DNA from: Myxococcota bacterium
Lineage (GTDB): Bacteria > Myxococcota_A > UBA796 > CAJQPC01
Length of the DNA: 64,000 bases
Direction of reading: 5' to 3'
Assembly: GCA_036229005.1 (NCBI GenBank)
Contig: JAZAMN010000062.1
Location: 32,001 to 96,000, forward strand
Shown: positions 39,250 through 48,978 of the stretch, piece by piece
How the letters are laid out: every line of letters begins with the position of its first letter
Numbering within the stretch: the stretch's first letter is position 1
The notes under the pieces: generated by a model
What the model was told of the DNA's origin: nothing
The model's database searches: none
What the model saw: the letters and a program-made list of their open reading frames with translations, nothing else
Translations under genes and position numbers: made by a program

Positions 39250-39888
39250 ATGGGAATCGGGGTGACCTTGCTGGGGCTGCTGGCCTGCAGCACGCAACTG
39301 GAGGGGGAGGGGGATGTGTGTCAGAGCGTTGGCATGGACCCCCTCACCTGGAGCGAGTCCACGGAGCTCGGTGTGCCGGAGGACGCCATCGACGGCCTCG
39401 CGCTGGACCAGTGGGTGACGGGCACCTGGTGGGACGGGGAGCCGGGCCAGGTCCGCATCCAGCTTGAGGCGGAGACCGACGAGGAGCCCCAGTGGTTGTA
39501 CTTCTCCAGGGGCGCAGGCAGAGAGGGCAAGGAGCGCTTGTTGGCGCTTCGCTCGGGAAGCGAGCCCGCCGACGACTGCAGGGACCGGATGCTCATCCCG
39601 GTGCGCTACACGCTCGAGAGTGGCGAGCGGGACTTCTACCTGCAGGGGGGCGACTTCGCCTTCATGGGCTCCATGCAGGTCGGGGAGATCAGCCACGACT
39701 CCTACCTGCTCGCCGCCATCCCGGATGGCGATGACGTGCCCATGGAGCTCGAGCCCGGCGGCGCGCTCTGGCTCATGCTGGACGTCAGCGCCGGCGAGGG
39801 CGAGATCGACAGCTTCTCCCTGCACGTGCGTCGGGAGGACCTGGAGACCGGGGCGGGCCGCTGGCAGGAGCTCTTCGAGGGGGAGTGA
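39250..39888 (+). CDS. Hypothetical lipoprotein (family B, copy 3)
   Basis: GGAGG RBS; LLAC; SESTELGVPED...GTWWDG. Confidence 0.7.
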   Translation: MGIGVTLLGLLACSTQLEGEGDVCQSVGMDPLTWSESTELGVPEDAIDGLALDQWVTGTWWDGEPGQVRIQLEAETDEEPQWLYFSRGAGREGKERLLALRSGSEPADDCRDRMLIPVRYTLESGERDFYLQGGDFAFMGSMQVGEISHDSYLLAAIPDGDDVPMELEPGGALWLMLDVSAGEGEIDSFSLHVRREDLETGAGRWQELFEGE

Positions 39889-39910
39889 GGCTGCCCCAGG
39901 GCCGCTTGGC

Positions 39911-40951
39911 TCAGTCCATCTCGCGCAGCGCCACCGCTGCAGCCTCCGCCGGGTCGTCGGCGGTCCCCACCACGTACTCGGTCTGCAGGAAGCTGCGCCG
40001 GGCGTGGGGGACCTCCTCTCCGTCAGGGCGGCGGGCGATGAGCACCATGGCCTGACAGCGCTGGACGGAGAAGCCGACCTCCGCGCTCCAGGTGACCACC
40101 AGGGGGTTGCCGGGGTCGTCCTCGCTGGGGACGTGGAGCATCACCGGCACGGCCAGGCCGTCGCTGAGGCTGGGCTGCATGCTGGGGAGCTCGAAGCCGG
40201 GGTAGGCCACCAGTCGGGCGCTCACGCCGCCGCCGGCCAGCCAGCGGCTCACCTCGGTCAGCAGGCGCTGGCTGTGCTCGACCACGTGCAGGATGCGGCC
40301 GGACTCGTCGCGCGGGCGCCAGGTCCAGGCGTCGGGATCCCAGTACTCCACCGGGCCAAGACGCAGCTTGTAGTCCATCTCCGGGGCGCCGGGCAGCACA
40401 TAGCCCGGGTAGTAGAAGCGGGTCCCGCGCTCGCGCAGGGCCTGGACCTCCAGCAGCATGGTCGCGTAGCCCAGGCTGTGGCTGGCGTAGGTCGGGCAGT
40501 AGACCCCCAGGATGCTCTCGGCGGAGTGGTCACCCAGGTCGTACCAGGAGAAGGCCACCAGGGTCTCTCCGTCGTAGATGCGGATCTCGTGGGTGTCGAA
40601 GAGGGCCTGGCCGCGGTTGCCACCCAGCACGGCCTCCAGGCGCTCGGCGCGGGTGCCGCTGGCCTCCAGGCGGTAGCGGGCGTACAGGTCCCGCTTCTCC
40701 TGGTCCAGGCGCAGAGGGCCGTGCTCCACGCGAAAGCGCCGGTGGATGCGACTGAGCAGCTTGCGCTGGCTCTTGCGCGGCGGGTTCTCCTGGACGTCCA
40801 GGCGGATCCACAGGGCGCTGCGGGGCACCCCCTCGAACCAGACGGCGCGGCAGGTGAACAGGCTGTCCCCAATGCGGAACCAGCCCTCCGCCAGGCGCTG
40901 GTCCAGCTCCCGGGGAAGGATTCGGTCCGGTCGGTGGGACTGGATCAGCAT
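39911..40951 (-). CDS. Arginyl/leucyl-tRNA--protein transferase (ATE/Bpt-like) with C-terminal extension
   Basis: LAEGWFRIG, RKSQRK, LYARY, SLG, YYPGY and MDYK. Confidence 0.85.
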   Translation of the reverse strand: MLIQSHRPDRILPRELDQRLAEGWFRIGDSLFTCRAVWFEGVPRSALWIRLDVQENPPRKSQRKLLSRIHRRFRVEHGPLRLDQEKRDLYARYRLEASGTRAERLEAVLGGNRGQALFDTHEIRIYDGETLVAFSWYDLGDHSAESILGVYCPTYASHSLGYATMLLEVQALRERGTRFYYPGYVLPGAPEMDYKLRLGPVEYWDPDAWTWRPRDESGRILHVVEHSQRLLTEVSRWLAGGGVSARLVAYPGFELPSMQPSLSDGLAVPVMLHVPSEDDPGNPLVVTWSAEVGFSVQRCQAMVLIARRPDGEEVPHARRSFLQTEYVVGTADDPAEAAAVALREMD

Positions 40952-40952
40952 C

Positions 40953-41414
40953 TCAGTGCACCACCACCGCGGTGTCGAAGCTCCGGCTCACGCGCTTGCA
41001 CTCGTCCCCGCGGCACATCTTGAACTTGACCCGGCCCTTGACCGGGTAGTCGCCGATGCGCTCCGCGCGGAAGGGGACCCGCACGCGGAACTCCGTGGCG
41101 TCCTTGGAGAACTGGCCGTCGGCGGCGGAGAGCTTGGCCTGCCCCCACTCCAGGTTCTTGGGGGCGCCCTTCATCTTGACCTTGATGCCCTGCTCGGGGG
41201 AGAGCTCGTAGCCCTGCCGCGCTTCGACACGGACTTCTATGTGGCCCTTCTCGGCGACACCCGCGGTGCCCCGCCGCGCGGAGATGGTGTAGGTGTCCGT
41301 CGAGACATCCTGACCCACGGTCATCGTCTTGCTCTTGCCGGAGGCCGGGGTGGCCAGCAGCAGCAGGGGGGCCACCGCGATGGCCATCAGGGTCTTGTGT
41401 GCCCGCAAGTTCAC
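40953..41414 (-). CDS. Hypothetical secreted basic beta-sandwich protein (DsbD-N-like)
   Basis: Signal peptide; terminal FKMCRGDEC motif. Confidence 0.6.
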   Translation of the reverse strand: MNLRAHKTLMAIAVAPLLLLATPASGKSKTMTVGQDVSTDTYTISARRGTAGVAEKGHIEVRVEARQGYELSPEQGIKVKMKGAPKNLEWGQAKLSAADGQFSKDATEFRVRVPFRAERIGDYPVKGRVKFKMCRGDECKRVSRSFDTAVVVH

Positions 41415-41538
41415 TCCAGCCAGACACCAATCCTAACCCCCGTCGCCCGGGGCGTGAATCGCAGAATCCTGTACAGGGGGGAACAAGGCCCCCAGGACAG
41501 GTCTGGATCAAGGTCTGCCGGGCCTTCTCGGGCGGTGG

Positions 41539-43419
41539 CTACTGGGGCCGCTCGTCGCAGAAGCCCTCCCGGGTGCCGCTGCAGCTCCCCGAACAGGTCT
41601 GCACGATCTCCCCGTCGCGCAGGAAGCGGTCCATCTGCTCCCAGGCCAGGGGCTCCTGCCGGCAGCACACGTGGGTGTCCGTGTCGGCGTCGGCGGGCAC
41701 GGCGGTGGTGGGCTCCTCGGAGATGTCCACGTAGTCCCACTCCAGGTACGCGGAGCCCTGGGGGGCGGCGCTGGACTCCAGGCCCCAGACCGGGCGGGTG
41801 GCCGGCTCCAGCAGCTCCGCACCCACGGCCCGAGCCAGCCGCTGACCGGCCAGGGTGGTGACCTGGGCGTCCCCCAGGTTGTGCTGGATCAGCAAGGTGT
41901 CGCGCTCGCGCAAGATCGGCGTCCAGCCGGCGCTCTCCGCGGGATCCCAGAGGGTCTGCATGGCCGCCAGGGCCACCTGCACGCTGCGCGGGTCCTCCAG
42001 CTCGGCCTCCAGGATGCCGGCGAAGGCTGCGAAGTTCGTGGACCGCGGGAGCAGCATCGCGAAGGGGGTGCCCGGGACGTTGAGCACCCCGGAGTCGAGC
42101 TGCTCGGACCAGCCCAGGTAGCCGCCGCCGACCACGCCCCCCATGGAGATGCCCAGGAAGCCGTAGCGCTCGCCGTCCAGCAGCGGGGCGCCGTCCACCT
42201 GGAGCTCGGGGGCCTCGGTGAGCGCGCCGCGGGCCAGCTCCAGCAGGGTGTCCTGGTTCACCCAGGACTGCAGCAGGCGCTCGGGGACCGCGCCGAAGTC
42301 GCCGTAGTCGTCGGAGAGCAGCCCGACGATGGGCACGGTGTCCTCGCGGGACATGCCCTGCCAGTCGGTTGCGATGAGCACCCAGCCGTGGGTGTCGGCG
42401 AGCTCCCCCAGGTACTGCTTGCGGATCTCCTCGCGGTCCTGGAAGAGCCCGTGGCCGTACTGCACCAGCAGGACCTCGCCGGCGAAATCGGGGTCGAGGA
42501 CGCTGCAGGGGACGCGGAGCTCGAGCGGTATGGGGACCCGATCCTGGAGCACCGGCAGACCCTCTTCGTCCCGGACCAGGAAGGCGGGGGCCTCCTCGGA
42601 GTCCAGGAACATGGGGACCTGCATCGTGCCCTCGATGTGCAGGCCGATGTGGGTGTCCGGCTGCTCGCAGTCGTAGGTGCGGGTGTCGGTGAACGCCCAC
42701 TGCGGGGGCACCTCGGCGCGGGACTGGGCGGCGAGATCGCGCATGAGCAGCGGGACAGCGGTGGTGTCTTCCTGGGACGCGGTGCGGAAGTGCCAGGCGA
42801 GCTGCAGGTCCTCGCGGGGCACGCCGGCGGCCTCCAGAGCGGGGAAGATCCGCTCTTCGTAGGCCTCTCGGCGGCCCTCCACGTCCCAGGACTCGGTGCG
42901 GGTGTCGTCGCGGAGCTGCAGGAAGGCCTCGGAGGGCTGGATTGGGGCGCCGCTGGAGTCCACCAAGCCGGCGAGCCCGACCGCGTACCAGCGGCCGTAC
43001 TCCAGGCCCGCGACCGGGTGGATGAGGAGGCTGGGGTCGTCGTCGACGGAGAGCTCCGCCCTCACGGGCACCCGCTCTCCAGTGGACAGGTCCACCAAGA
43101 CCACCGGGCTGTCGCCCTCCAGGCTCTCTCCCCCCTCTGTAGGCAACCCGGTGTCGGCGAGGTCATCGAACCACGCGATCAGCGGGGCGTGCAGCGAGAA
43201 GCCGTCGCGCCGGTTCCACGCGGTGGGGTCCACCGGGCCGTCGTCCACCCGGGGGGGCAGCGTCTCGGGGCCGAGATCCAGGGTCCAGCCGGCGCTCTCG
43301 CTGCCCTCGATGTGCTGGGCGCTCGGCCAGGGCAGGGCGCAGTGGTCGGGGATCAGCGGGTCGCAGTCGCTGTAGGGCGCGGGCTCGGGGCCGCCGCAGG
43401 CCAGCAGGAGCAGGAGCAT
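41539..43419 (-). CDS. Lipoprotein with alpha/beta-hydrolase domain
   Basis: MLLLLLAC; DGFS, QYGHGL, the nucleophile elbow GISMGG, GDAQV and a terminal H. Confidence 0.8.
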   Translation of the reverse strand: MLLLLLACGGPEPAPYSDCDPLIPDHCALPWPSAQHIEGSESAGWTLDLGPETLPPRVDDGPVDPTAWNRRDGFSLHAPLIAWFDDLADTGLPTEGGESLEGDSPVVLVDLSTGERVPVRAELSVDDDPSLLIHPVAGLEYGRWYAVGLAGLVDSSGAPIQPSEAFLQLRDDTRTESWDVEGRREAYEERIFPALEAAGVPREDLQLAWHFRTASQEDTTAVPLLMRDLAAQSRAEVPPQWAFTDTRTYDCEQPDTHIGLHIEGTMQVPMFLDSEEAPAFLVRDEEGLPVLQDRVPIPLELRVPCSVLDPDFAGEVLLVQYGHGLFQDREEIRKQYLGELADTHGWVLIATDWQGMSREDTVPIVGLLSDDYGDFGAVPERLLQSWVNQDTLLELARGALTEAPELQVDGAPLLDGERYGFLGISMGGVVGGGYLGWSEQLDSGVLNVPGTPFAMLLPRSTNFAAFAGILEAELEDPRSVQVALAAMQTLWDPAESAGWTPILRERDTLLIQHNLGDAQVTTLAGQRLARAVGAELLEPATRPVWGLESSAAPQGSAYLEWDYVDISEEPTTAVPADADTDTHVCCRQEPLAWEQMDRFLRDGEIVQTCSGSCSGTREGFCDERPQ

Positions 43420-43479
43420 GCCGCAGCTTAGCCGACCCTGGGTCAGTTGTGCGCCGGCGATCCGGGATCCAGCGGGGGG

Positions 43480-44529
43480 TCAGTAGGGGAGCGCCGCGCA
43501 GCGCACGCCGATGGTGCCGTCAAAGTCGTGGTAGTGGCCGTTGTATGCCTCGTGGTTGGTGGCCGCGCCCCCCGAGTACCAGGCGCCCCCGCGCTTGTCG
43601 GTGAAGGGGACGCCGTCGTCTTCGTGGAGCAGGCGGACCTTGAGCGAGCCGTCTTCCTGCTGCACGCCCTGGATGGGGACTGTGCGCTCGTCGAGGGGGC
43701 GGTCCAGCTCGGACCGGACGTGGGCGTAGCCTTTGTAGGTGAGCTGCTCGTTGCTGTGGAACTGGCTGGCGTCCAGCATCAGCAGCCCCTGGGCGTCCAG
43801 GCTCCAGGTGCCCTGTGCGCCGGCGATGTCCACCAGCAGCGAGTAGCTGCTCTTTGCGCCCAGGAGCCCATCGCTGCTCTCGAAGAGCTCCAGCCCCAGC
43901 GACTCCGCCGTCTCCAGGAAGAGCTGGATGTCGGCGTTGAGCGCCGGATCCACCCACTCCCAGGCGTTCCCGATCTGGTCGTAGGTGCCCCAGGGGCTCA
44001 CGCAGTCGGGGAAGCTCCCGGTGGGCTGCAGGGCGTCGACCAGCGGGACGTTGTCCATGGGGACCAGCGCGCAGGCCTCCACTTCGTAGCTGTCGCCGTA
44101 GGGGTAGGTCAGGCCGCCCTCGCCCACGACGCCGTCTGCGGCGTCCTCCCACTCGGAGACCGTGGGCATGTGCTTGTAGCCATAGGCGACCCCCTGGTCG
44201 TCCAGCGCCGGGGTGTTCTCGCAGGCGGCTTTGGCCTGGTCGAAGCTCATGCCGGTGCTGGGCAGCACGCCCGGAGCGGTGGTCGCCGTGGCCAGAGTGG
44301 GGGAGCCCCCTGCGGCCCACTGATCGGCGCTACCCAGGTCGCCGCTGAGCTGCGCTTCGTAGGCGTCCATGCAGAGGGCGACGGGGTCTCCGATGGCGAC
44401 CATGCCCTCGGGACAGCGCCCGGCTGGAGCGCCGGTGTCGTCCTGCTGGGGTTCGCTGTCCAACAGCCCGCCAGTGTCGGTCTCGGTCTGGGCCGGGGCC
44501 CCCACACACGCAATCATCAAAAGCAGCAT
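43480..44529 (-). CDS. FGE-sulfatase (SUMF1-like) domain lipoprotein
   Basis: CPEGMV, CMDAYE, PTVSEWE, YPYG, YDQIGNAWEW and GVRC. Confidence 0.85.
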   Translation of the reverse strand: MLLLMIACVGAPAQTETDTGGLLDSEPQQDDTGAPAGRCPEGMVAIGDPVALCMDAYEAQLSGDLGSADQWAAGGSPTLATATTAPGVLPSTGMSFDQAKAACENTPALDDQGVAYGYKHMPTVSEWEDAADGVVGEGGLTYPYGDSYEVEACALVPMDNVPLVDALQPTGSFPDCVSPWGTYDQIGNAWEWVDPALNADIQLFLETAESLGLELFESSDGLLGAKSSYSLLVDIAGAQGTWSLDAQGLLMLDASQFHSNEQLTYKGYAHVRSELDRPLDERTVPIQGVQQEDGSLKVRLLHEDDGVPFTDKRGGAWYSGGAATNHEAYNGHYHDFDGTIGVRCAALPY

Positions 44530-44534
44530 GGCGC

Positions 44535-46853
44535 CTATTTTATGGCCAGCACCCCAGCCGACTCCAGGCAGCTTTGGGGATTCGTAAAGAAATTGTCTGC
44601 CCAGGCGAAGGCCACGCCCAGCGCCTCGGCGAACAGCCGGTCCGACTCCATGTCCCCCACTATCAGGCATCGCGCCCGGTCCACCCCCTGCTCGCGCAGC
44701 AGCGCCACGCCCATCCCGGGGTTGGGCTTTCGGTCCCAGGCCTGGCGATCCACCCACGCCGAGTAGCGGTGGGGCAGGGTGCGCCCGAGCAGCGCGTGGG
44801 TGCGCTCAAAGCAGGCCTGCACCTGCGCGTGGCTGAGCTGGCCCTGCTCGATGATGCCCTGGTTGCTCGCCCCCATGAGCACCAGGCCCTGCGCGGCCAG
44901 GTCGTCCAGGACCTCCTTGCGGCCAGGGAGCAGCGCGACCTGGTCCGGGTGTCGGGGGAAGGGGGCCTTGCCCGTGGAGCGCCGCAGAGTGCCGTCGTAG
45001 TCGAAGATCACGCCCGCCCGAGCACCCCAGGGCCTGCGGGTGAAGGGCTGCCGGCGCAGCGTCGCCAGGCCCTCGTCCAGGGTGGGGGGCTCCAGGCGCG
45101 AGAACCACCCGTCGATCGCGATGGGTGGCAGCATGTTGGGGTCCTGCCGGCTCAGCTCCCGGAGCTCGGGGGGAGACAGGATGCGGCCGTGGCGCTCCAG
45201 CATGCGCTGACAGGCGTTGATCCGCGCCTCGCGCTGGGGGCAGTCCAGCCACTCCAGGTGCACCGGCAGGCCGTGGCGCTGGGCGGCCTGGATCACCTGG
45301 GCCCGCGAGGCCCGGTCCGCGTAGGTGTTGTCCAGCACGGCGAAGCGGAGCCCCTTTGAGAGGGCCTGCTCCAGCGCCTGCGCCAGGGCCTTGAGGCTGC
45401 CCCCGCGCTCGTCCCGGTTGAAGCGCCCCCAGCCGGCCTGCTCCAGGGGACGGACGAGCTGTGTCTTGCCGCTGGCAGGTGGGCCCATCACGATGCGCAC
45501 CTGGCCCGCGCGCGGCTGGTCGGGACAGAGTGGCGCCAGCGAGGTCACCGGCTCCGCGGCCAGGCTGTCTTTCAGGCTCTGGGCCCGGGTGGCGCCCACG
45601 ATGGGGGAGTGCCCCAGCCCCAGACTCCAGCTCAGGGCCGCGCGCTGGGGGCTGACTCCCAGCTCTCTTGCCGCCGCCTGCCAGGGCGCCGGCCAGGCCT
45701 TGCCGATGCGCTTGTGGCCCCCCAGCGGCGAGTGCGCGAGCACCGGGATGCCCTGGGCGGTGGCCCGCTGGATCACCGGCGCGCTGCGCAGGCTGCGGGG
45801 GCTGTACTCCACCTGCAGCGCGGCGATGGGCAGGCGCGCGCAGGCCTGGTCGAGCTGGGCGCTGTCCACGTTGCAGAGGCCGATGCGGGCCGCCGTGCCC
45901 TCGGCCAGCAGCTCCGCCAGGGCGCCCAGGCTCTCGTCGAAGGGCACGCGGCGGTCCACCACGTGGAGCTGCAGCAGGGCCAGCGCGTCCACACCCAGCA
46001 CCTCCCGGGCGCGGCGGGCCTGGGTGAGCAGGCGCTCCGGAGACCCATCCGGGACCCAGCGGCCGCCGGGGCGGGCCAGGCCGACCTTGGTCAGCACCAG
46101 GGCGTCGGGGTGTCCGCGCAAGGCCTCGGCGAGCAGGGCGTGGTTGTGGTGCAGCTCGCCCTCGTCCAGGCAGTAGCTGTCGGCCGAGTCGAAGCAGCGC
46201 ACCCCGCCGTCCGCGGCCTGCTGGATCCGCGCCAGGGCCTCCGCGCGCACCGGCCGACCCTGGGTGGACAGGCGCATGCAGCCCAGGACCAGGGAGGGGA
46301 GCGGCAAGGGGGCGCACGCGGCTGCCGGGCCCAACACAGGCAGCCTGTCCTCGCTGGGGACGGGTTGTTGGGGTGTTGGCGCCGGCGAGGTGCTCGGTGG
46401 TGGGGCCGGCTCCGAGAACAGATCCCACCCCTCCTCCTCCCAGTCACCGCCCTGATCGGGCAAGGGGCGGCCGGCCAGGTTCACCAGCGTCCACCCCCGG
46501 CCCAGGCGCGCCAGGTCGGCGTCGGTGCAGAGCAGCACCTCGCGGCGGTGGCCTCCGGGGCGCACGGCCAGGTGGAGGCTGCCGTCCAAGACGGCGCTCA
46601 GGCGGGCTTGCATGCCCACGTCAGGGAGCGCGTGGCGCAGGCGCGGGGAGCTGGAGACCCAGCGGCCCACCTCGGAGGCGCGGCCGTCGCCGGCGTCGAG
46701 CTCCAGGGCCAGGGAGAGCTCGGAGTTGCGCAGGGGAGGGGACACAGCGGCCTGGATGCGCTGCAACCTCTCGCGCCAGAGGGCCTTGGCTTGCTGCCAG
46801 GCGGACTCTTCGGCCTGGGCGGCGATGCGCTTGGCGGAGGGGGTCAGGGGCAT
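44535..46853 (-). CDS. Fusion of aldo-keto reductase, P-loop kinase and HAD phosphatase
   Basis: AKR: LGCMRL, FDSADSY, TKVG, LQLH, HSPLGG. Kinase: GPPASGKT, LDNT. HAD: FDYDGTL, SNQ, RKPNPGM, VGD..SD. Confidence 0.85.
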   Translation of the reverse strand: MPLTPSAKRIAAQAEESAWQQAKALWRERLQRIQAAVSPPLRNSELSLALELDAGDGRASEVGRWVSSSPRLRHALPDVGMQARLSAVLDGSLHLAVRPGGHRREVLLCTDADLARLGRGWTLVNLAGRPLPDQGGDWEEEGWDLFSEPAPPPSTSPAPTPQQPVPSEDRLPVLGPAAACAPLPLPSLVLGCMRLSTQGRPVRAEALARIQQAADGGVRCFDSADSYCLDEGELHHNHALLAEALRGHPDALVLTKVGLARPGGRWVPDGSPERLLTQARRAREVLGVDALALLQLHVVDRRVPFDESLGALAELLAEGTAARIGLCNVDSAQLDQACARLPIAALQVEYSPRSLRSAPVIQRATAQGIPVLAHSPLGGHKRIGKAWPAPWQAAARELGVSPQRAALSWSLGLGHSPIVGATRAQSLKDSLAAEPVTSLAPLCPDQPRAGQVRIVMGPPASGKTQLVRPLEQAGWGRFNRDERGGSLKALAQALEQALSKGLRFAVLDNTYADRASRAQVIQAAQRHGLPVHLEWLDCPQREARINACQRMLERHGRILSPPELRELSRQDPNMLPPIAIDGWFSRLEPPTLDEGLATLRRQPFTRRPWGARAGVIFDYDGTLRRSTGKAPFPRHPDQVALLPGRKEVLDDLAAQGLVLMGASNQGIIEQGQLSHAQVQACFERTHALLGRTLPHRYSAWVDRQAWDRKPNPGMGVALLREQGVDRARCLIVGDMESDRLFAEALGVAFAWADNFFTNPQSCLESAGVLAIK

Positions 46854-46889
46854 GGCGTCAGGCTACATCTTCTTCCCCTGGAGCAAGGC

Positions 46890-47624
46890 ATGTCCGAGCA
46901 GTGGTCCCCCAACACCTGGGCCCCCGTCACCCTCAAGGCGCGCATCGAGCACGCCCCCGGCCTGGCCACATTCGTGCTGGAGGGGCACCGCTGCGCGTTC
47001 ACGCCGGGCCAGTTCGTGCAGCTCGGCCTGGAGATCGACGGCGAGCCGGTGGGGCGCCCGTATAGCCTGAGCAGCGCCCCCGGGGCCGATCTGGAGACGC
47101 TGATCGTCCGGGTCGACGACGGCCAGCTCACCCCGCGGCTCTTTGAGCTCTCGCCGGGGGATCCCCTGTACGTGCACCGGGTGGCCAGCGGGGCCTTCGG
47201 GCTGCGGCGGGTGCAGGACGCGCCGACGCTCTGGATGATCGCCACCGGCACCGGGCTCTCGCCATTCCTGTCCATGCTGCGTGCCGGCGGATTGGAGCGC
47301 TTCGGCAAGGTCGTGCTGGTGCACGGCGTCCGGCAGGGGGCCCACCTGGTGGCTCGCGAGGAGATCGCGGCACTGGGCGCGCAGCATGTCGCCGTGGTCT
47401 CCCGCGAGGCGGTGCCCGGGGCGCTGTCGGGGCGCATCACCGAGCAGATCGCCAGCGGTGAACTGGAGCGGGTCGCGGGCGCACCTCTGGACCCCAGCGC
47501 GCAGGTGCTCCTGTGCGGAAACCCGGCCATGATCGCCGAGACCTATGGGCTGCTCACCGACCGGGGGCTCACCCGGAACCGGCCGCGGAAGCCTGGAAAC
47601 ATCACCTTCGAAGCCTACTGGTAG
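46890..47624 (+). CDS. fpr: Ferredoxin--NADP(+) reductase
   Basis: FTPGQF, RPYS, ATGTGLSPF, LCGNPAMI and C-terminal EAYW. Confidence 0.92.
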   Translation: MSEQWSPNTWAPVTLKARIEHAPGLATFVLEGHRCAFTPGQFVQLGLEIDGEPVGRPYSLSSAPGADLETLIVRVDDGQLTPRLFELSPGDPLYVHRVASGAFGLRRVQDAPTLWMIATGTGLSPFLSMLRAGGLERFGKVVLVHGVRQGAHLVAREEIAALGAQHVAVVSREAVPGALSGRITEQIASGELERVAGAPLDPSAQVLLCGNPAMIAETYGLLTDRGLTRNRPRKPGNITFEAYW

Positions 47625-47633
47625 GACCCCTCC

Positions 47634-48878
47634 ATGCTGCTGCTGATGCTGGCCTGCGCCACCAAGACCCTCCCCATCCCCGAGCCCATGATGGGCGCGG
47701 CGGCCCCCAAGACCCCTCTGCCGGACGGGGAGACGGCGCCGGCTGCGTACGGCAGCCTGGACTGCGGGCTCACGGTGGGCTTTGCGGGCGTGGACGAGGA
47801 GCTGACCGACCTGCTGGTCCAGGACAACGGCGAGCTGCTGGTCGTCGCGGAGGCCTACAAGGGGCGCTACCAGGAGGCCCTGGTGATGTCCCTGCGCGAC
47901 CAGGGGCCGAGCTGGTTCCAGGTGCTGGGCGCGGGCGGGGATCAGGACCGGCCCACCGCCGTGACGGCCCTGGACGACGGCTTCATGGTGACCGGCGGGA
48001 CCTGGTCCACGGGCGCCGGGCAGAACGACATGTGGCTGCTGCGCCTGGACGCCGCCGGGCAGCTCGAGTGGCAGCGCACCTATGGGCTCTACGACCGGGA
48101 TCTGGCCCGCGGCTACGTCCCCAACACCGAAGGCGGGCTGGTCTATGGCGAGATGGCCGACTTCGGGGCCCTGTGGATCCAGGTGGATGCGCTGGGAGCG
48201 GTCCGGGGGCGCGGTGGAGTGCCCGGGGTTCACCTCTTGGGGGTCGAGGGGCTGCCCGACGGCTCCGCGCTGATCTGGGGCACCCGCGAGGACACCGGGT
48301 GGGCCGCTCGGGTCAACAGCGCCGGCGCGTTGGTCTGGGAGGCGCAGCTCCCCCTGGTGCCGGTGGACGCGGCCCTGGACCCTGAAGCGCGCGGCCTGTG
48401 GCTGCTGGGCGCGCAGGGGCTCAGCCACCTGAGCCTGGAGGGCCTGGTGGACAAGGGCCTGGCGCTCCCTGGGGAGATGGAGGGGCTGTCTCCGGAGGCC
48501 GTGGGCATGGGAGTGGGCGGGCCCGCGGTGGTCGGGCGCGCCACGGGGGGCAGCGCGGTGTTCCAGCTCGACGAGGCCGGCGCGGTGGTCTGGAGCCAGA
48601 CCCTGCAGGCGGTGGAGGTGCGGGAGCTCGCGCTGGATCCCCGGGGCCTGGTCGTGATGGGCGAGGGGAAGGGCAAGCAGAGCCGGGAGCTGTTCGGCGT
48701 GCGCCTGAACGCGGACACCGGGGCTTCGCTGTGCATCCAGGTGCCGCCGGTGCCGGAGCTGCCGGCCTCCGAGGCCGCGCCGGGGTCGGGGGCGGAGTCT
48801 GCGCCCGAGTCTGGGGCGGAGCCGGAGGAGGCGCCGGCCGCGCCGAGCCCCGCGGAGGGGGAGGCCGATCCGGCCTGA
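47634..48878 (+). CDS. Lipoprotein with probable beta-propeller repeats
   Basis: MLLLMLAC; repeated LD..G...W motifs (DMWLLRLDAAGQLEWQRTYG). Confidence 0.7.
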   Translation: MLLLMLACATKTLPIPEPMMGAAAPKTPLPDGETAPAAYGSLDCGLTVGFAGVDEELTDLLVQDNGELLVVAEAYKGRYQEALVMSLRDQGPSWFQVLGAGGDQDRPTAVTALDDGFMVTGGTWSTGAGQNDMWLLRLDAAGQLEWQRTYGLYDRDLARGYVPNTEGGLVYGEMADFGALWIQVDALGAVRGRGGVPGVHLLGVEGLPDGSALIWGTREDTGWAARVNSAGALVWEAQLPLVPVDAALDPEARGLWLLGAQGLSHLSLEGLVDKGLALPGEMEGLSPEAVGMGVGGPAVVGRATGGSAVFQLDEAGAVVWSQTLQAVEVRELALDPRGLVVMGEGKGKQSRELFGVRLNADTGASLCIQVPPVPELPASEAAPGSGAESAPESGAEPEEAPAAPSPAEGEADPA

Positions 48879-48978
48879 GGGCTGGTTGAGCTGCGGGTGA
48901 CCTCGCCGATGGGGGGATCTGAGCGGGGTGGGCTCGCGCCGAGGGCTCGGGAGGTGGGGCCGGGGGTATGATCGGGCC

